Part shown: positions 29,209 through 39,797 of the stretch, one piece after another
Layout of the letters: each line of letters opens with the position of its first letter
How positions within the stretch are numbered: the stretch's first letter is position 1
NCBI GenBank assembly: GCA_049294075.1
Contig: JBAQCK010000058.1
Span: 12,983 to 76,982 of the forward strand
Length of the DNA: 64,000 nucleotides
Direction: 5' to 3'
DNA from: Bacteroidales bacterium
Lineage (GTDB): Bacteria > Bacteroidota > Bacteroidia > Bacteroidales > VadinHA17
Position numbers and translations under genes: made by a program
The notes under the pieces: model-generated
Told to the model about the DNA's origin: nothing
Seen by the model: only the letters and a program-made list of their open reading frames with translations
The model's database searches: none

Positions 29209-30594
29209 TTATTTTATATCAATTATCCTGTGATCGATAAGGATAAACAACAATCCAAGCATGAAGCTGTAAAGCGCGTATATTTTAAGAGGTATGTATT
29301 CCGAAGGCCGGATCTTCATCTTCGCCCAGAGATAGATGACAAGATACAGTTTGCTGATAAGGTACACCACAAAAGTTGCCAGTGCCACACCTACAATGTT
29401 ATAACCCCATTTTATCATCAGAAGGCTGAGCGGCACGTTCAGGGCAATCTCCAGGACTGCTGCAATAAGTGTTATATTTGTCTTTTTCCTTCCCACTATT
29501 ATCGTTTGCGGAAAGATAAGCCGCGGGATAACCAGCAGTGAGTAAAGAAGGAATATGTCGGCGCTTTTCTGGAATTCAGGTGTGAACATTCTCGGGTAGA
29601 TCCATCGTGCAAACAACATTATCACCATTGTTGAAGGGAAACAGATGTGCATCAGCCTTTTCGATTTTTCCCTGATTTTTGCCAGGGAGTCCTTCATCTG
29701 GGTTCTTGTTGAGAATTCGGGCAGCATGGCATTGCTTAATCCGTTGGCCAGCATGAGTGCCAGCGGGAACTCTTTGGCTCCGTAACGGAACCATGCAAAC
29801 CATTCCGGATCGCGATAGACTGCAGATACGATGATTCCGTCAATATATTGGGCCGATCCGCTTATCAGGGTTGTTATTACGAGAGGAAGACCCAGGTATA
29901 AATGCTCCTTCATGAATTTCGAAGAGATTTTCATCTCGGTATATCTTCTGAGGAGAATTATAAGCCAGACCCATCTGAGACCGGTAACTGCAAGCAGGCC
30001 GTAAACCGCCCAGATGATATCCTTGCCCATGAGAACAGGCGCTATTACCAGAATGAGCTGAAGCATAAAAGTATAGAGCCCGTACTGAAAGATCCGGTGC
30101 GATCTGTTATTCAGCAGGTAGATATATTCAATAAGGCAAACCGGACTGCTAAGCAGGACATAAAGAAGCAGAAGGTTAAGATATGGAACGTTCCCGCTGA
30201 AGTTAAAGACCGAGAAGTTACCCTTGAGTGCATGACCGATTGCAAAAATCAGCAGGCTGAAAAAGCTGAGGAGCAGGAATGCGTTAAATATCTCTGGCGA
30301 TTTCCCGGTGCCGTTATCACCGGTTTTCCTGTAAGTCCGGTTCCGGTGATAAAGAGGAAGGAGCGACTGAATAATCCCCGTTACCCAGAAGAAGCTGATA
30401 AGTCCCGAGATGAACAGGAACATTTCCCATGCTCCGATCTCGGAACGGGTAAGATGGCTTTTTGTAAAAACAATGCTGATAATGAGGAAAATGGTGAACT
30501 TCATCAGCTGGAACAGCTGGAGCCCCGAAATATTATCTATCAGTTTTATCTTTCTCAATAGTGAAAGAAATGGTAAGGATTCACCTGAAAACAA
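29209..30594 (-). CDS. MOP-superfamily oligosaccharide/polysaccharide flippase-like membrane protein
   Basis: 461 aa with about 12-14 hydrophobic segments and an overall Wzx/MurJ-like layout. No diagnostic motif. Confidence 0.55.
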   Translation of the reverse strand: MFSGESLPFLSLLRKIKLIDNISGLQLFQLMKFTIFLIISIVFTKSHLTRSEIGAWEMFLFISGLISFFWVTGIIQSLLPLYHRNRTYRKTGDNGTGKSPEIFNAFLLLSFFSLLIFAIGHALKGNFSVFNFSGNVPYLNLLLLYVLLSSPVCLIEYIYLLNNRSHRIFQYGLYTFMLQLILVIAPVLMGKDIIWAVYGLLAVTGLRWVWLIILLRRYTEMKISSKFMKEHLYLGLPLVITTLISGSAQYIDGIIVSAVYRDPEWFAWFRYGAKEFPLALMLANGLSNAMLPEFSTRTQMKDSLAKIREKSKRLMHICFPSTMVIMLFARWIYPRMFTPEFQKSADIFLLYSLLVIPRLIFPQTIIVGRKKTNITLIAAVLEIALNVPLSLLMIKWGYNIVGVALATFVVYLISKLYLVIYLWAKMKIRPSEYIPLKIYALYSFMLGLLFILIDHRIIDIK

Positions 30595-30728
30595 ATGTCT
30601 GCAATAAATATTTCAAAGTGACTTCCCGATTTTTGAACATCAAAGTTAACAATTGAAACCAAGCAGCAGAAAATAATTTGAAAATTTTGTTAATAGGAAT
30701 ATTTCGGCTTATTTTGCACCCCTGAAAC

Positions 30729-30806
30729 GGTGGATGTAGTTCAGTTGGTTAGAACGTCGGATTGTGGTTCCGAAGGCCGTGGGTTCGAATCCCATCTTCC
30801 ACCCCA
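30729..30806 (+). tRNA. tRNA-His (GTG) with encoded G-1 and 3' CCA
   Basis: Cloverleaf read by hand. G-1 plus acceptor GTGGATG/CTTCCAC (one mismatch), D-arm AGTTCAGTTGGTTAGAAC, anticodon stem TCGGA/TCCGA with loop TTGTGGT, T-arm GTGGGTTCGAATCCCAT, discriminator C, then CCA. Confidence 0.9.
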
Positions 30807-30812
30807 GACATA

Positions 30813-30854
30813 AAAAGCCTTTCCCGCCCACAGGCGGGAAGGGCTTTGTTTTTT
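30813..30854. terminator. bidirectional rho-independent terminator shared by tRNA-His and ccsBA
   Basis: GCCTTTCCCGCC-CACA-GGCGGGAAGGGC (12 bp, one GU), flanked by an A-run on the left and TTTGTTTTTT on the right. The T-run abuts the ccsBA stop. Confidence 0.8.
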
Positions 30855-33800
30855 CAGTGTGTTGAAAGCTTCCTGTACCTGCCATAAGCCAGAACTGCCA
30901 GTGAAACAAGGCTGGCGACAGCCACATATACGAAGACCGGTACCGGCACCGGATCGCCTCCGGCATAGGAATGAAGTCCGGTAAGATAATAGTTTACACC
31001 GAAATAAGTCATCAGCACTGACGAAAATGCAAACAGCGACAGCAGGTTGAAGGTATATATATCCTTCAGACCCGGTATCATTCTTGCATGAATGACGAAG
31101 CTGTAAACGATGATGGTTATCAGCGACCATGTCTCCTTGGGATCCCATCCCCAGTACCTGCCCCACGATTCGTTCGCCCACACCGCGCCAAGAAAAGTAC
31201 CGGTAGTCAGCAGATACAATCCTATGATAAGTGATTTGTAGTTGATGACAGTCAGGTCGTCAATTGTTGCTGAAATCCTTTCCAGGCTTGATTTCCCGGA
31301 AAGCGACAGCAATATCATCGCTATGATACCGAGTATTGCGCCCAGTCCCAGGAAACCGTAGCTCGCGGTTATAACCGACACATGAAGGGTAAGCCAGTAC
31401 GACTGCAGCACAGGAACGAGGTTGGTGATCTCAGGGTCCATGAAGCTGAGGTGTGCAACCATCAGGGTCAGTCCGGCCAGTACCGCCGTTGCAGGAAGTG
31501 CGAAAAGCGACCTGCGGCTGAAAATAAATCCGGCAAGCAGGGTAACCCATGAAATGAATATCATCGATTCATAGCCGTTGCTCATGGGAGAATGGCCTGA
31601 AATATACCATCTCAGGCCAAGCCCGAGAGTATGGACAAGGAATCCGGCAAAGAGAATCCAGCTGAGAATCCGTGTGAACAGAAGCGGGGATTTTTTCCCT
31701 TTTACCACCATCACTATCAGACCGGCAAGCAGCAGAATACCTATGGCCAGATAGAAAGGGAAGAGCCGTTCAAAGATCATCATCCTGTAATACAGGGATT
31801 CCGCTATGATCCTGGTCTGTGACGGGAGTTCGTAAGCAGTGAACCTCGACTGATATTCCCTTACCGATGCTGCTATCTGTTTTGCCGTGGAGGTATTCCC
31901 GCTCCTCAGGGCATCGGATAGTACAGGTATCACATTCGCGATAAAAACCGAGTCGTCCCTGTTAAGTGCAGTCTTTAATGCTTCTTCGGGCGACCCCCAG
32001 TTCAGACTTCCGTCGTGAAGAGGAAATATTTTTGTGAAACCGCCTGTATAGATTGTATAAAGAATATTCACTCTTTCATCCACCTTCATTAACTCCTTAT
32101 CGGCTTTGGTCCGCGATCCGGGTGATTTGGAATAGGCTTCTCCCACCTGTTCAGTGAGCTTGTACTTTCCTGTCGAAAGGTCGACCAGGTCTGAAAAAGA
32201 AGCATAGGCGCCGGTGATCCCGATCATTTTCCTGATATCCCTGTTCGACACTTTTATCATTTGTACATCTTTCCAGTGATCGAAGTCGAGATACACGCCG
32301 AGGAAAACCTGCATGGAAGTCAGGTCCTGGAATTTATTTTCCCTTGTCACTTTTCTGAGGATGTCGTTGCTCAGGGTGAAAAGAGGTTCAGTACGTCCCT
32401 TCTGATCCTGAACGAGCACTTTTGCAAACTCATCTGCCATCTCCCTGCCAGGCACCAGTCTCTGTGACCAGGCATTAAACGAGCCGCCAACCATAAACAA
32501 CAGCAAAGCAGCTGCAGACTTCCTTCTTATGGCCGAGTCCCAGAATCCTGAATGAACAGTATTGAACAGCGATTTCCTGTTAAGCAGCGACAGGATCATG
32601 AACAGAATCAGCAAACCGTAACCGGTATATGTAACGAGCATTCCTGCCGGATCGTGATTGACCGAAAGGATGGTTCCCATCTCGTCCTGGTCGTATGATG
32701 ACTGATAAAACCTGTAACCTTTATACTTCAGGATGTTGTTCATAAAAATGGTGAACGGCTTCTCAATGCCGTAATTCCTGTCAACAAGGATTATCTCGCT
32801 TTTGTATCCCGAAGGGCTGTTTGATCCGGGATATCTGTCGAGGATGAAGTCATTCAGGCGGAGTGAGAAGGGAAGCGTTATTTCTTCGGAGCCGTAGCTG
32901 ATTTCAATTGTTTTGCCTTCAATTACAGCCGATCCTGAGGTAAAGGACTGATTCTCATTATCCCGGAGGATTATTTCCTCTGCAGGCCTGCCGTCGGACA
33001 AAATGCTGAAGATGAAAGCATTTTCTCCTGTTTCCCTCATCTCCATGTCGGCTGATACAATCCTGGTATCTCCGTGCATTTCCATCTTCTGCGGAACTAT
33101 GCTGATGTCATTTATCCTGAAGATATTCATCGGCTCGAAAGCGACGGTATCACCCTGGCTGTATGAAAGGGACTCACCGGCCATCATGCCGTCGCTGGCG
33201 AACGGGATGGTGGCGCTAAGGTAAAAGGATGAGGAATCGTATGTAATTGACACGTCGTTCTGTTCGCCTGATTGAAACCCGACTGAAATGTCCCTGATCT
33301 TCACCGATTCGCCTTCCTTCAGGATAAACGACTCCCGGGTCAGGCTGTCGGCTGCCACAAATGATATAATAGCCCCGTTCACGGCTTCACCTTTTTCGAC
33401 TACTTCAGCAGCGTTTACAACTATTCTTGAAAGCAAAATTTCGTAACCGTTTCCTGCACCACGGATCTTTTTTCTGAAGTTCCCGGCCGATTTCATGCTC
33501 ATATAGTATTTCTCGGAGCTTTGATCCAGGATAGTGCCCGATTCATCCATAATCCTGTGGCCTATGAACCGGCTGGTCGAATAACATTTATCCTGTTCCT
33601 CTCCCTCGCGGATGTGGATTGATCCCTCCCAGCCTGCATAACGGGTAATGGCTGATCCCGCCAGGATCAGGATGAATGAAAGATGGAAAAGGAATATTGT
33701 AAGCTTCTGTTTCCTGTAAAGCCTTAATGTTATTACCTGACCGATAAGATTAACTGCCAGCAGAAGCAGAATCAGTTCGAACCACCTGGTGTCATAAACA

Positions 33801-33925
33801 AAGTTGAAGGCAGCGGAGGAGCCGTAGTCATTTTCAATGAATGTGGCAGCTGCCATCGAGGCAGCGAAAACAACAAACAGCATCCCCATGAAAACCGGGG
33901 AAATAAGGAATTTCAGGAATTTCAT
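30854..33925 (-). CDS. ccsBA: fused cytochrome c biogenesis protein CcsBA (ResB-like plus CcsA, system II)
   Basis: ResB-like N-terminus with a large extracytoplasmic loop. The C-terminal CcsA domain carries the Trp-rich WGRYWGWDPKETW motif. 1023 aa. Confidence 0.88.
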   Translation of the reverse strand: MKFLKFLISPVFMGMLFVVFAASMAAATFIENDYGSSAAFNFVYDTRWFELILLLLAVNLIGQVITLRLYRKQKLTIFLFHLSFILILAGSAITRYAGWEGSIHIREGEEQDKCYSTSRFIGHRIMDESGTILDQSSEKYYMSMKSAGNFRKKIRGAGNGYEILLSRIVVNAAEVVEKGEAVNGAIISFVAADSLTRESFILKEGESVKIRDISVGFQSGEQNDVSITYDSSSFYLSATIPFASDGMMAGESLSYSQGDTVAFEPMNIFRINDISIVPQKMEMHGDTRIVSADMEMRETGENAFIFSILSDGRPAEEIILRDNENQSFTSGSAVIEGKTIEISYGSEEITLPFSLRLNDFILDRYPGSNSPSGYKSEIILVDRNYGIEKPFTIFMNNILKYKGYRFYQSSYDQDEMGTILSVNHDPAGMLVTYTGYGLLILFMILSLLNRKSLFNTVHSGFWDSAIRRKSAAALLLFMVGGSFNAWSQRLVPGREMADEFAKVLVQDQKGRTEPLFTLSNDILRKVTRENKFQDLTSMQVFLGVYLDFDHWKDVQMIKVSNRDIRKMIGITGAYASFSDLVDLSTGKYKLTEQVGEAYSKSPGSRTKADKELMKVDERVNILYTIYTGGFTKIFPLHDGSLNWGSPEEALKTALNRDDSVFIANVIPVLSDALRSGNTSTAKQIAASVREYQSRFTAYELPSQTRIIAESLYYRMMIFERLFPFYLAIGILLLAGLIVMVVKGKKSPLLFTRILSWILFAGFLVHTLGLGLRWYISGHSPMSNGYESMIFISWVTLLAGFIFSRRSLFALPATAVLAGLTLMVAHLSFMDPEITNLVPVLQSYWLTLHVSVITASYGFLGLGAILGIIAMILLSLSGKSSLERISATIDDLTVINYKSLIIGLYLLTTGTFLGAVWANESWGRYWGWDPKETWSLITIIVYSFVIHARMIPGLKDIYTFNLLSLFAFSSVLMTYFGVNYYLTGLHSYAGGDPVPVPVFVYVAVASLVSLAVLAYGRYRKLSTH

Positions 33926-33997
33926 CCGTATATGGTTTATTTTAAAGGCCGGATGGGAACCGCACTTTATTTCCGGTCCACGAAAATATGAAATGTT

Positions 33998-35776
33998 TCA
34001 GAATTTATAAGAATTATCTTCTATAAGCTTATCGGCTATCCTCCTTCTGGCATCCTTTGAATTGACGAGGCTTACTCTTGTCAGTTCTTCAGCAGCCCTG
34101 ACCAGGGAAGGCAGCGATTCGCCGGAGGCAAATGCGCAAATGGCATCCGTGGCTTCCTTCCTGACAAGGTTCGCGGTCTCCCGGATATTGACATCGAGAA
34201 TGTCGCGGTAAACTGATACCTCTCCCCTTATGGTTTCAAGTTTCTCTATCCTGAGTGCCATCGACTCCGAGAGATACGTTTCCATCATCATATTGGCGAT
34301 GTTGTTCATCACCTCCTGTTCGCTGATGAGCCCCTTGGCAAAATGCTTCATGGATCCGTGGATACATATGAGGATCAGCTTCTTGAAATTGCCAAGATAT
34401 CTTTTCTTCTCCTGGTGATAAGATTCGCCGGCAGTCCTGCCGTCATTCAGATTGTCAATGCCGGCAAACAGTTTTTCAGCTTCCCCGAAAAGGTCGAAGT
34501 CGCCTTTCATTGCCCTTTTCATTACAGTATCGCCAACCAGAAGCCTGTTTATCTCATTTGTCCCTTCGAATATCCTGTTGATACGGGAATCCCTGTAAGC
34601 TCTTTCAACATCCATCTCGGCCGAATATCCCATTCCCCCGTGGATCTGAACAGCCTCATCAACAACCATGTCGAGCATTTCCGAACCAGCAACCTTCAGG
34701 ATTGCTGCCTCTACAGCATAATGGCTTATTGCATCAATAGAAGCTCTTTCCTTGTCGACGCATTCCGACTTATACCTGTTCATGAGATCATCGATATCCC
34801 GGCTTACACGGTACACAGCCGATTCGGAAGCATAAAGTCTGATAACCTGTTCCGCCAGTTTATACTTTATAGCCCCGAAGGAAGATATCAGGACGCCAAA
34901 CTGTTTGCGTTCATTTGAATATCTGACCGAATCTTTGATTGCCATTTTGGCTGCACCGAGAACATTGGCTCCCAGCTTGATCCTGCCCATGTGCAGGATA
35001 CTGAGAGCTATTCTGAATCCTTCTCCCCTCTTTCCGAGAAGGTTTTCAACTGGTACTTTAACGTCGTTGAAATATATCTGAGCGGTCGATGAGCCCTTGA
35101 TTCCCATTTTATGTTCATCGGGACCGATCACCACGCCGGGATATCCGGTCTCTATGATGAAGGCGCTGAGCACCCTGTCGTTGTCGATCTTTGCAAAAAC
35201 GACCAGTGTGTCGGCAAAGCCGGCATTTGTAATCCACATTTTCTGGCCGTTGATAATGTAGTTTTTCCCGTCGTCCGAAAGTTTCGCGCTTGTCTTTCCT
35301 GCATTTGCGTCACTTCCTGCACCAGGTTCGGTAAGGCAGTAAGCTCCTATCATTTCCCCGGTTGCCAGTAAGGTGACATATCGCTGCCTCTGGTCATCGT
35401 TCCCATAGTACATGATGGGCAGGGTTCCTATTCCGCAGTGGGCCATGAAAGCAACTGAAAAGGATGCACCGGCTCCGGTGGTTTCAGCCACGAGCATCTG
35501 GGTAATGAAATCCTGTCCGAATCCGCCGTACTCTTCCGGAATCGAGATACCCAGCATACCCAGCTCACCCGACTTTTTAAGGATCGTCTTCATCAGTTCC
35601 CTGTCGCATTTCTCAAGATCATTCATTTTAGGCATCACCTCGGTCTCGAGAAAATCACTGCAGGTCCGGGCTATCATCTTCTGTTCCTCACTGAATTCCT
35701 CAGGAATAAAGATGTCGGACGCCTCAGTCGAACTTACAAGGAATTCACCGCTTTTCAAGAGTTTTCTGCTTTCCAT
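33998..35776 (-). CDS. acyl-CoA dehydrogenase with a C-terminal extension
   Basis: YCLTEPGAGSD, KMWITNAGFAD, QIHGGMGY, IFEGTNEINRL. 592 aa. Confidence 0.9.
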   Translation of the reverse strand: MESRKLLKSGEFLVSSTEASDIFIPEEFSEEQKMIARTCSDFLETEVMPKMNDLEKCDRELMKTILKKSGELGMLGISIPEEYGGFGQDFITQMLVAETTGAGASFSVAFMAHCGIGTLPIMYYGNDDQRQRYVTLLATGEMIGAYCLTEPGAGSDANAGKTSAKLSDDGKNYIINGQKMWITNAGFADTLVVFAKIDNDRVLSAFIIETGYPGVVIGPDEHKMGIKGSSTAQIYFNDVKVPVENLLGKRGEGFRIALSILHMGRIKLGANVLGAAKMAIKDSVRYSNERKQFGVLISSFGAIKYKLAEQVIRLYASESAVYRVSRDIDDLMNRYKSECVDKERASIDAISHYAVEAAILKVAGSEMLDMVVDEAVQIHGGMGYSAEMDVERAYRDSRINRIFEGTNEINRLLVGDTVMKRAMKGDFDLFGEAEKLFAGIDNLNDGRTAGESYHQEKKRYLGNFKKLILICIHGSMKHFAKGLISEQEVMNNIANMMMETYLSESMALRIEKLETIRGEVSVYRDILDVNIRETANLVRKEATDAICAFASGESLPSLVRAAEELTRVSLVNSKDARRRIADKLIEDNSYKF

Positions 35777-35838
35777 ATACTATGCATTAAATAATTTCCT
35801 ATATATCTATATCTGTCAGGCCGGAAGAGCCCGTCATC

Positions 35839-37923
35839 TTACTGAATTTCCATTGCTTCCGCAACAAGTTCGGCAATATCGAGATTCCTTACATCCTCTT
35901 CCCTGTTCTTGTATTTCAGTCCGTCAGTCATCATTGTCATGCAGAACGGGCATGCTGTTGCTATTATATCTGCACCTGTTTCCAGGGCCTCCTCGGTTCG
36001 TTCGATGAATATTTCCTTGCTCCCCTTTTCGGCCTCCTTGAACATCTGTCCTCCGCCGGCCCCGCAGCATAGAGCAAAGCTCCTGTTCCTCCTCATTTCA
36101 GTGAAGCCCGCAGAAAGTGCCTTTGCTATGTCCCTTGGCTCGGAATAGATGTTGTTTGCCCTTCCCAGGTAGCAGGGATCGTGGAAAGTGATCGTTGCTC
36201 CTTTCATTTTATCCCTGTTCACCTTTAGTCTGCCATCAGTAATAGATTTTTCTATGAACTGAAGATAATTGATCACCTCAAAATTGCCTCCCAGGTCGGG
36301 ATATTCATTTTTGAAAGTATTAAAACAATGGGGACAGGTGGTGATTATCTTTTTGATGTCATAGTTTTTCAGTATCTCTATCACCTGCAAAGCCTGCATC
36401 TGGAAAAGCATCTCATTGCCTGCCCTGCGCGCGGGGTCGCCTGTGCATGTCTCCTCTTTCCCGAGTACGGCCCAACTGGCATTCAGCCTGTTAAGTATCA
36501 ATGCAAATGCCCTGACCACCTTTTTGTACCTGTCATCATAAGCTCCGGCGCATCCGACCCAGAAAAGGTATTCGGGCTTTTCGCCTGCCGGGAGTTCTGA
36601 AAACACCGGAATTTCAAATTCCAGATTCTTTGTCCAGTTCAGCCTGTCTTCAGGCGGATATTGCCAGGGAGCGCCGTTATTTTCAATATTGCTGAACACA
36701 CTTTTAAGCTCACCCGGAGCTGCACCCTCCTCGAGAACAAGGAAACGGCGCATGTTTACGATCAGGGATGGCTGGTTAATGTTCACCGGGCACTCCTGAA
36801 CGCATGCATTGCAGGTTGTGCACGCCCAGAGTTCTTCCTCCGATATATAATCCCGCAGAAGCGACCTGTTGTCGGTGTAATCTTTCCCGTTCTTAACCAT
36901 CAGAGGCCCTATCTCCTTCATCCTGGCCCTGAGATTCATCATCACCTTTCTGGGCGACAGCTTTTTGCCTGTCAGGTTGGCGGGGCACACCGACGTGCAT
37001 CGTCCGCATTCGGTACATGAGAGGGAATCGAAGTAGTTTTTCCAGGTTACATCCACAGCATCCTTCACCCCGAACCTTTCAGGCACCGTATCTGCAGACG
37101 CCTGAACAAAAGCAGTATCCGGATTCAGCATCATCCTTACCTCCCTTGTTATGCTGTCCATGTTGTCGAGTTTTCCGGGAGGATCGAGCCTCGAAAGGAA
37201 AACATTGGGTACCGACATAAATACATGGAAGTGTTTTGAATAAGGAAGGTAATTTGCAAAGAAGAAGATAGTGAGGATATGCACCCACCAGCTGACCTCA
37301 TGGAGGGTTTGGAACTGAGTTGAAGAAAATCCGGAGAACAGATCAGCAACGATCCTGCTCACCGGATAAATACCGTATATTTTTTCTCCCGACAGGCGCT
37401 GAAGTCCGATGTAACCTGTATTCATCAGCATGAGCGATACCATCAGAAGCAAAATGAGTGAAAGCGAAATTATTGCATCGATATGTGATTTTGGCTTCAT
37501 TTCCTCGCCGCTGAACCGCCTTATGTGAAGAAAGATTCTCCGGATCAAGAAAATGACTATCGGGATGCCCACCAGAAGGGTGAAAACATCTCCTGACGCC
37601 ATAAGGACATCATAAACCGGTCCCAGGAACCTGAGAGATTTTTCAGCTCCTGAGACGCCGTCAATCACCATTTCAATGCTTCCGAAAATGATAATGCAGA
37701 ATCCCCAGAAAACCAATGCATGAAGGAAACCGATAACAGGTCTCCGGAAGATCTTTGTCTGTCCGAATGCCACACGCATTACCAATCCAAAACGTTTTCC
37801 GAAATCCCTTACCTTAAATGCAGGCTTTGTAAAACTGAAGAATTTAATCAGCCGGTTTACCGTATAACCGAAAACAGCAATCGTAATGACAAGGACAACT
37901 GTGAAAATCAAGTGTTTCAACAT
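35839..37923 (-). CDS. membrane-bound Fe-S oxidoreductase (N-terminal polytopic domain, 2x[4Fe-4S] ferredoxin, two CCG domains; HdrD/GlpC-like)
   Basis: CTECGRCTSVCP and CTTCNACVQECP cluster motifs. CCG-type motifs CPHCFNTF, DPCYLGR, CCGAGGG, ACPFCMTM. About 6 N-terminal TM helices. Confidence 0.8.
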   Translation of the reverse strand: MLKHLIFTVVLVITIAVFGYTVNRLIKFFSFTKPAFKVRDFGKRFGLVMRVAFGQTKIFRRPVIGFLHALVFWGFCIIIFGSIEMVIDGVSGAEKSLRFLGPVYDVLMASGDVFTLLVGIPIVIFLIRRIFLHIRRFSGEEMKPKSHIDAIISLSLILLLMVSLMLMNTGYIGLQRLSGEKIYGIYPVSRIVADLFSGFSSTQFQTLHEVSWWVHILTIFFFANYLPYSKHFHVFMSVPNVFLSRLDPPGKLDNMDSITREVRMMLNPDTAFVQASADTVPERFGVKDAVDVTWKNYFDSLSCTECGRCTSVCPANLTGKKLSPRKVMMNLRARMKEIGPLMVKNGKDYTDNRSLLRDYISEEELWACTTCNACVQECPVNINQPSLIVNMRRFLVLEEGAAPGELKSVFSNIENNGAPWQYPPEDRLNWTKNLEFEIPVFSELPAGEKPEYLFWVGCAGAYDDRYKKVVRAFALILNRLNASWAVLGKEETCTGDPARRAGNEMLFQMQALQVIEILKNYDIKKIITTCPHCFNTFKNEYPDLGGNFEVINYLQFIEKSITDGRLKVNRDKMKGATITFHDPCYLGRANNIYSEPRDIAKALSAGFTEMRRNRSFALCCGAGGGQMFKEAEKGSKEIFIERTEEALETGADIIATACPFCMTMMTDGLKYKNREEDVRNLDIAELVAEAMEIQ

Positions 37924-37960
37924 TATAGAAATATAATTGTAATCTGTTGTCTTTATGCCA

Positions 37961-38008
37961 CTAAGGCGCTAAGGCGCTAAGTCCTGGCGTCCTGGTGTCT
38001 TGGTGGCA
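37961..38008. repeat. 6-unit octad tandem array (CTAAGGCG x2, CTAAGTCC, TGGCGTCC, TGGTGTCT, TGGTGGCA)
   Basis: Read directly. It fills most of the 89-nt gap between the etfA stop and the start of the Fe-S oxidoreductase gene. Confidence 0.85.
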
Positions 38009-38012
38009 AAAT

Positions 38013-38981
38013 CTATTTCTTTAAATTCTTAACTGCATCCACCAGCTTTGGAAGAATTTTCATTGCATCTCCGACTATCCCGTACTGGGCCGATTCGAAT
38101 ATCGGCGCATCCTTGTCGCTGTTTATTGCAACTATGTATTTTGAAGAACTGACTCCTGCCAGGTGCTGTGTTGCTCCTGAAATGCCGACGGCCAGGTACA
38201 GGTCCGGCGCTATTATTTTTCCGGTTTGTCCTGTATGTTCTTCATTAGGTCTCCATCCTTCGTCGGATACCGGCCTTGAACAGGCAGTTGCCCCGTTCAG
38301 AAGAGATGCCAGTTCAACGAGGGGGCCCCAGTTGTCGGGCGACTTCATTCCCCTGCCCCCCGCTACCACTATGCCGGCATCACTAAGCAGCATTTTTCCT
38401 GTCTGCTTCTGTGTTTCCGTAACAGTTGTTGCCACAATAGACGGATCTACTTCAGCTTCTGCTGTTTCGGGAACAGCGCCGGTTGGCCGCTCAGTAATTT
38501 CGTAGGAATTCTGTGCCAGTGTGAGTATTTTGATTTCCGACCTGATCACGACATCGGCAAAAGCGTTTCCTGAATATGCTCTTTTGTAAACGGTGAAAGG
38601 CTCGATGCTTAAGGGCAGTTTGCTTACACCCGATCCGATCCCCGCCTTCAGCCTTACCGAAACCCTTGGGGCAAGAGCCTTGCCCGTCATATTATTGGAG
38701 AAAATTATCACTTTGGAACCCTCTTTCACGGCAAGGTCGGCAATAGCCTTCGCGTAGGCGCGGTTATCCATAATCTCCAGGTTACTGCTGACAAGACTCA
38801 CTATCCTGTCGGCGCCGTACCTGCCAAGCTCCTTTAAATCTTCATCGCCGGCCTTGCCAATGGTGAAGGCTATGACTTTCATATTCATCATCCGGGCAAC
38901 GGATGAAGCGTATGAAACCAGTTCATAGGAAAGCTTCTTGAATTTGCCATCCCAATTTTCAGTATATACCAGAACTGACAT
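38013..38981 (-). CDS. etfA: electron transfer flavoprotein subunit alpha
   Basis: 322 aa with the C-terminal FAD-binding region PDLYLAVGISGATQHLAG..IVAINSDKDAPIF. Confidence 0.92.
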   Translation of the reverse strand: MSVLVYTENWDGKFKKLSYELVSYASSVARMMNMKVIAFTIGKAGDEDLKELGRYGADRIVSLVSSNLEIMDNRAYAKAIADLAVKEGSKVIIFSNNMTGKALAPRVSVRLKAGIGSGVSKLPLSIEPFTVYKRAYSGNAFADVVIRSEIKILTLAQNSYEITERPTGAVPETAEAEVDPSIVATTVTETQKQTGKMLLSDAGIVVAGGRGMKSPDNWGPLVELASLLNGATACSRPVSDEGWRPNEEHTGQTGKIIAPDLYLAVGISGATQHLAGVSSSKYIVAINSDKDAPIFESAQYGIVGDAMKILPKLVDAVKNLKK

Positions 38982-39005
38982 ATTTTTGAATTTTCGTTAT
39001 TTGAC

Positions 39006-39755
39006 TCAGATGACTTTTGCTTCGTTCTGAAGCAATTCGATTAGCCTGGCCGGATCGTCCGCATCAATAAATTTGCAAGCGGCCCTCGGTGTCGGTTTCT
39101 CAAACCCGGAGATTTCCGTAAGAGAATCACAATCAACAGGCTCATTTACTTTTATGGGCTTGGTTCTTGCTGTCATTATGCCGCGCATCGATGCAATCCT
39201 GGGTTCTTTGGCGATACCCTTCTGGACAATAGCCACGAACGGTACAGGCACTTTTACTCTTTCCCTTCCCCCGTCGATTTCACGGGTAACGACAGGCACT
39301 CCATTTTCAATAGTCAGACCGGAAACTGACGATACCGAAGGAAGGCCGAGGAATTCCGAAATCATTCCGCCGACTGCCGAACCATTGAAGTCGCTCGATT
39401 CAATACCGCATATAATAAGATCGAATTCCTCCTTCCCGATTGCCGCTGCAAGCTGGCCCGCGGTATAATAAGCATCCGAAGGATTGCAGTTGACTCTTAT
39501 TGCATCATCGGCTCCTATTGCCAGAGCTTTGCGGATAGTGGGTTCGGAAGCTGACAAACCGGCATGTGCCACGGTAACCTTTCTCACCCCGCTGGCGGGA
39601 TCATCCCTCAGTTCAAGAGCCCTGGTAAGGGATAATTCATCCCATGGATTGATTACCCACTGAATACCCGATGTGTCAACAGAGGCATTCCCCTCAGAGA
39701 ATTTAATCCTTGTCGTGGTATCGGGAACATTGCTGATACAGACCACTATGTTCAT
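39006..39755 (-). CDS. etfB: electron transfer flavoprotein subunit beta
   Basis: MNIVVCISNVPDTTT..., INPWDELSLTRALEL, LIICGIESSD. Start set at 39755 because the promoter box overlaps the longer ORF start at 39800. Confidence 0.9.
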   Translation of the reverse strand: MNIVVCISNVPDTTTRIKFSEGNASVDTSGIQWVINPWDELSLTRALELRDDPASGVRKVTVAHAGLSASEPTIRKALAIGADDAIRVNCNPSDAYYTAGQLAAAIGKEEFDLIICGIESSDFNGSAVGGMISEFLGLPSVSSVSGLTIENGVPVVTREIDGGRERVKVPVPFVAIVQKGIAKEPRIASMRGIMTARTKPIKVNEPVDCDSLTEISGFEKPTPRAACKFIDADDPARLIELLQNEAKVI

Positions 39756-39797
39756 CAGTAAAGAATTTTTTGAATGGATTTTTTGTCTTAAAGGCGT

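Noticed and set aside
30595-30860. tRNA-His as an integration site for a genomic island
   Set aside because: No integrase, no duplicated tRNA 3' segment and no compositional break on either side. The neighbours are ordinary envelope and cytochrome-biogenesis genes.
35412-36008. 198-aa plus-strand ORF spanning the acd / Fe-S oxidoreductase junction
   Set aside because: Antisense to both genes, with no motif support.
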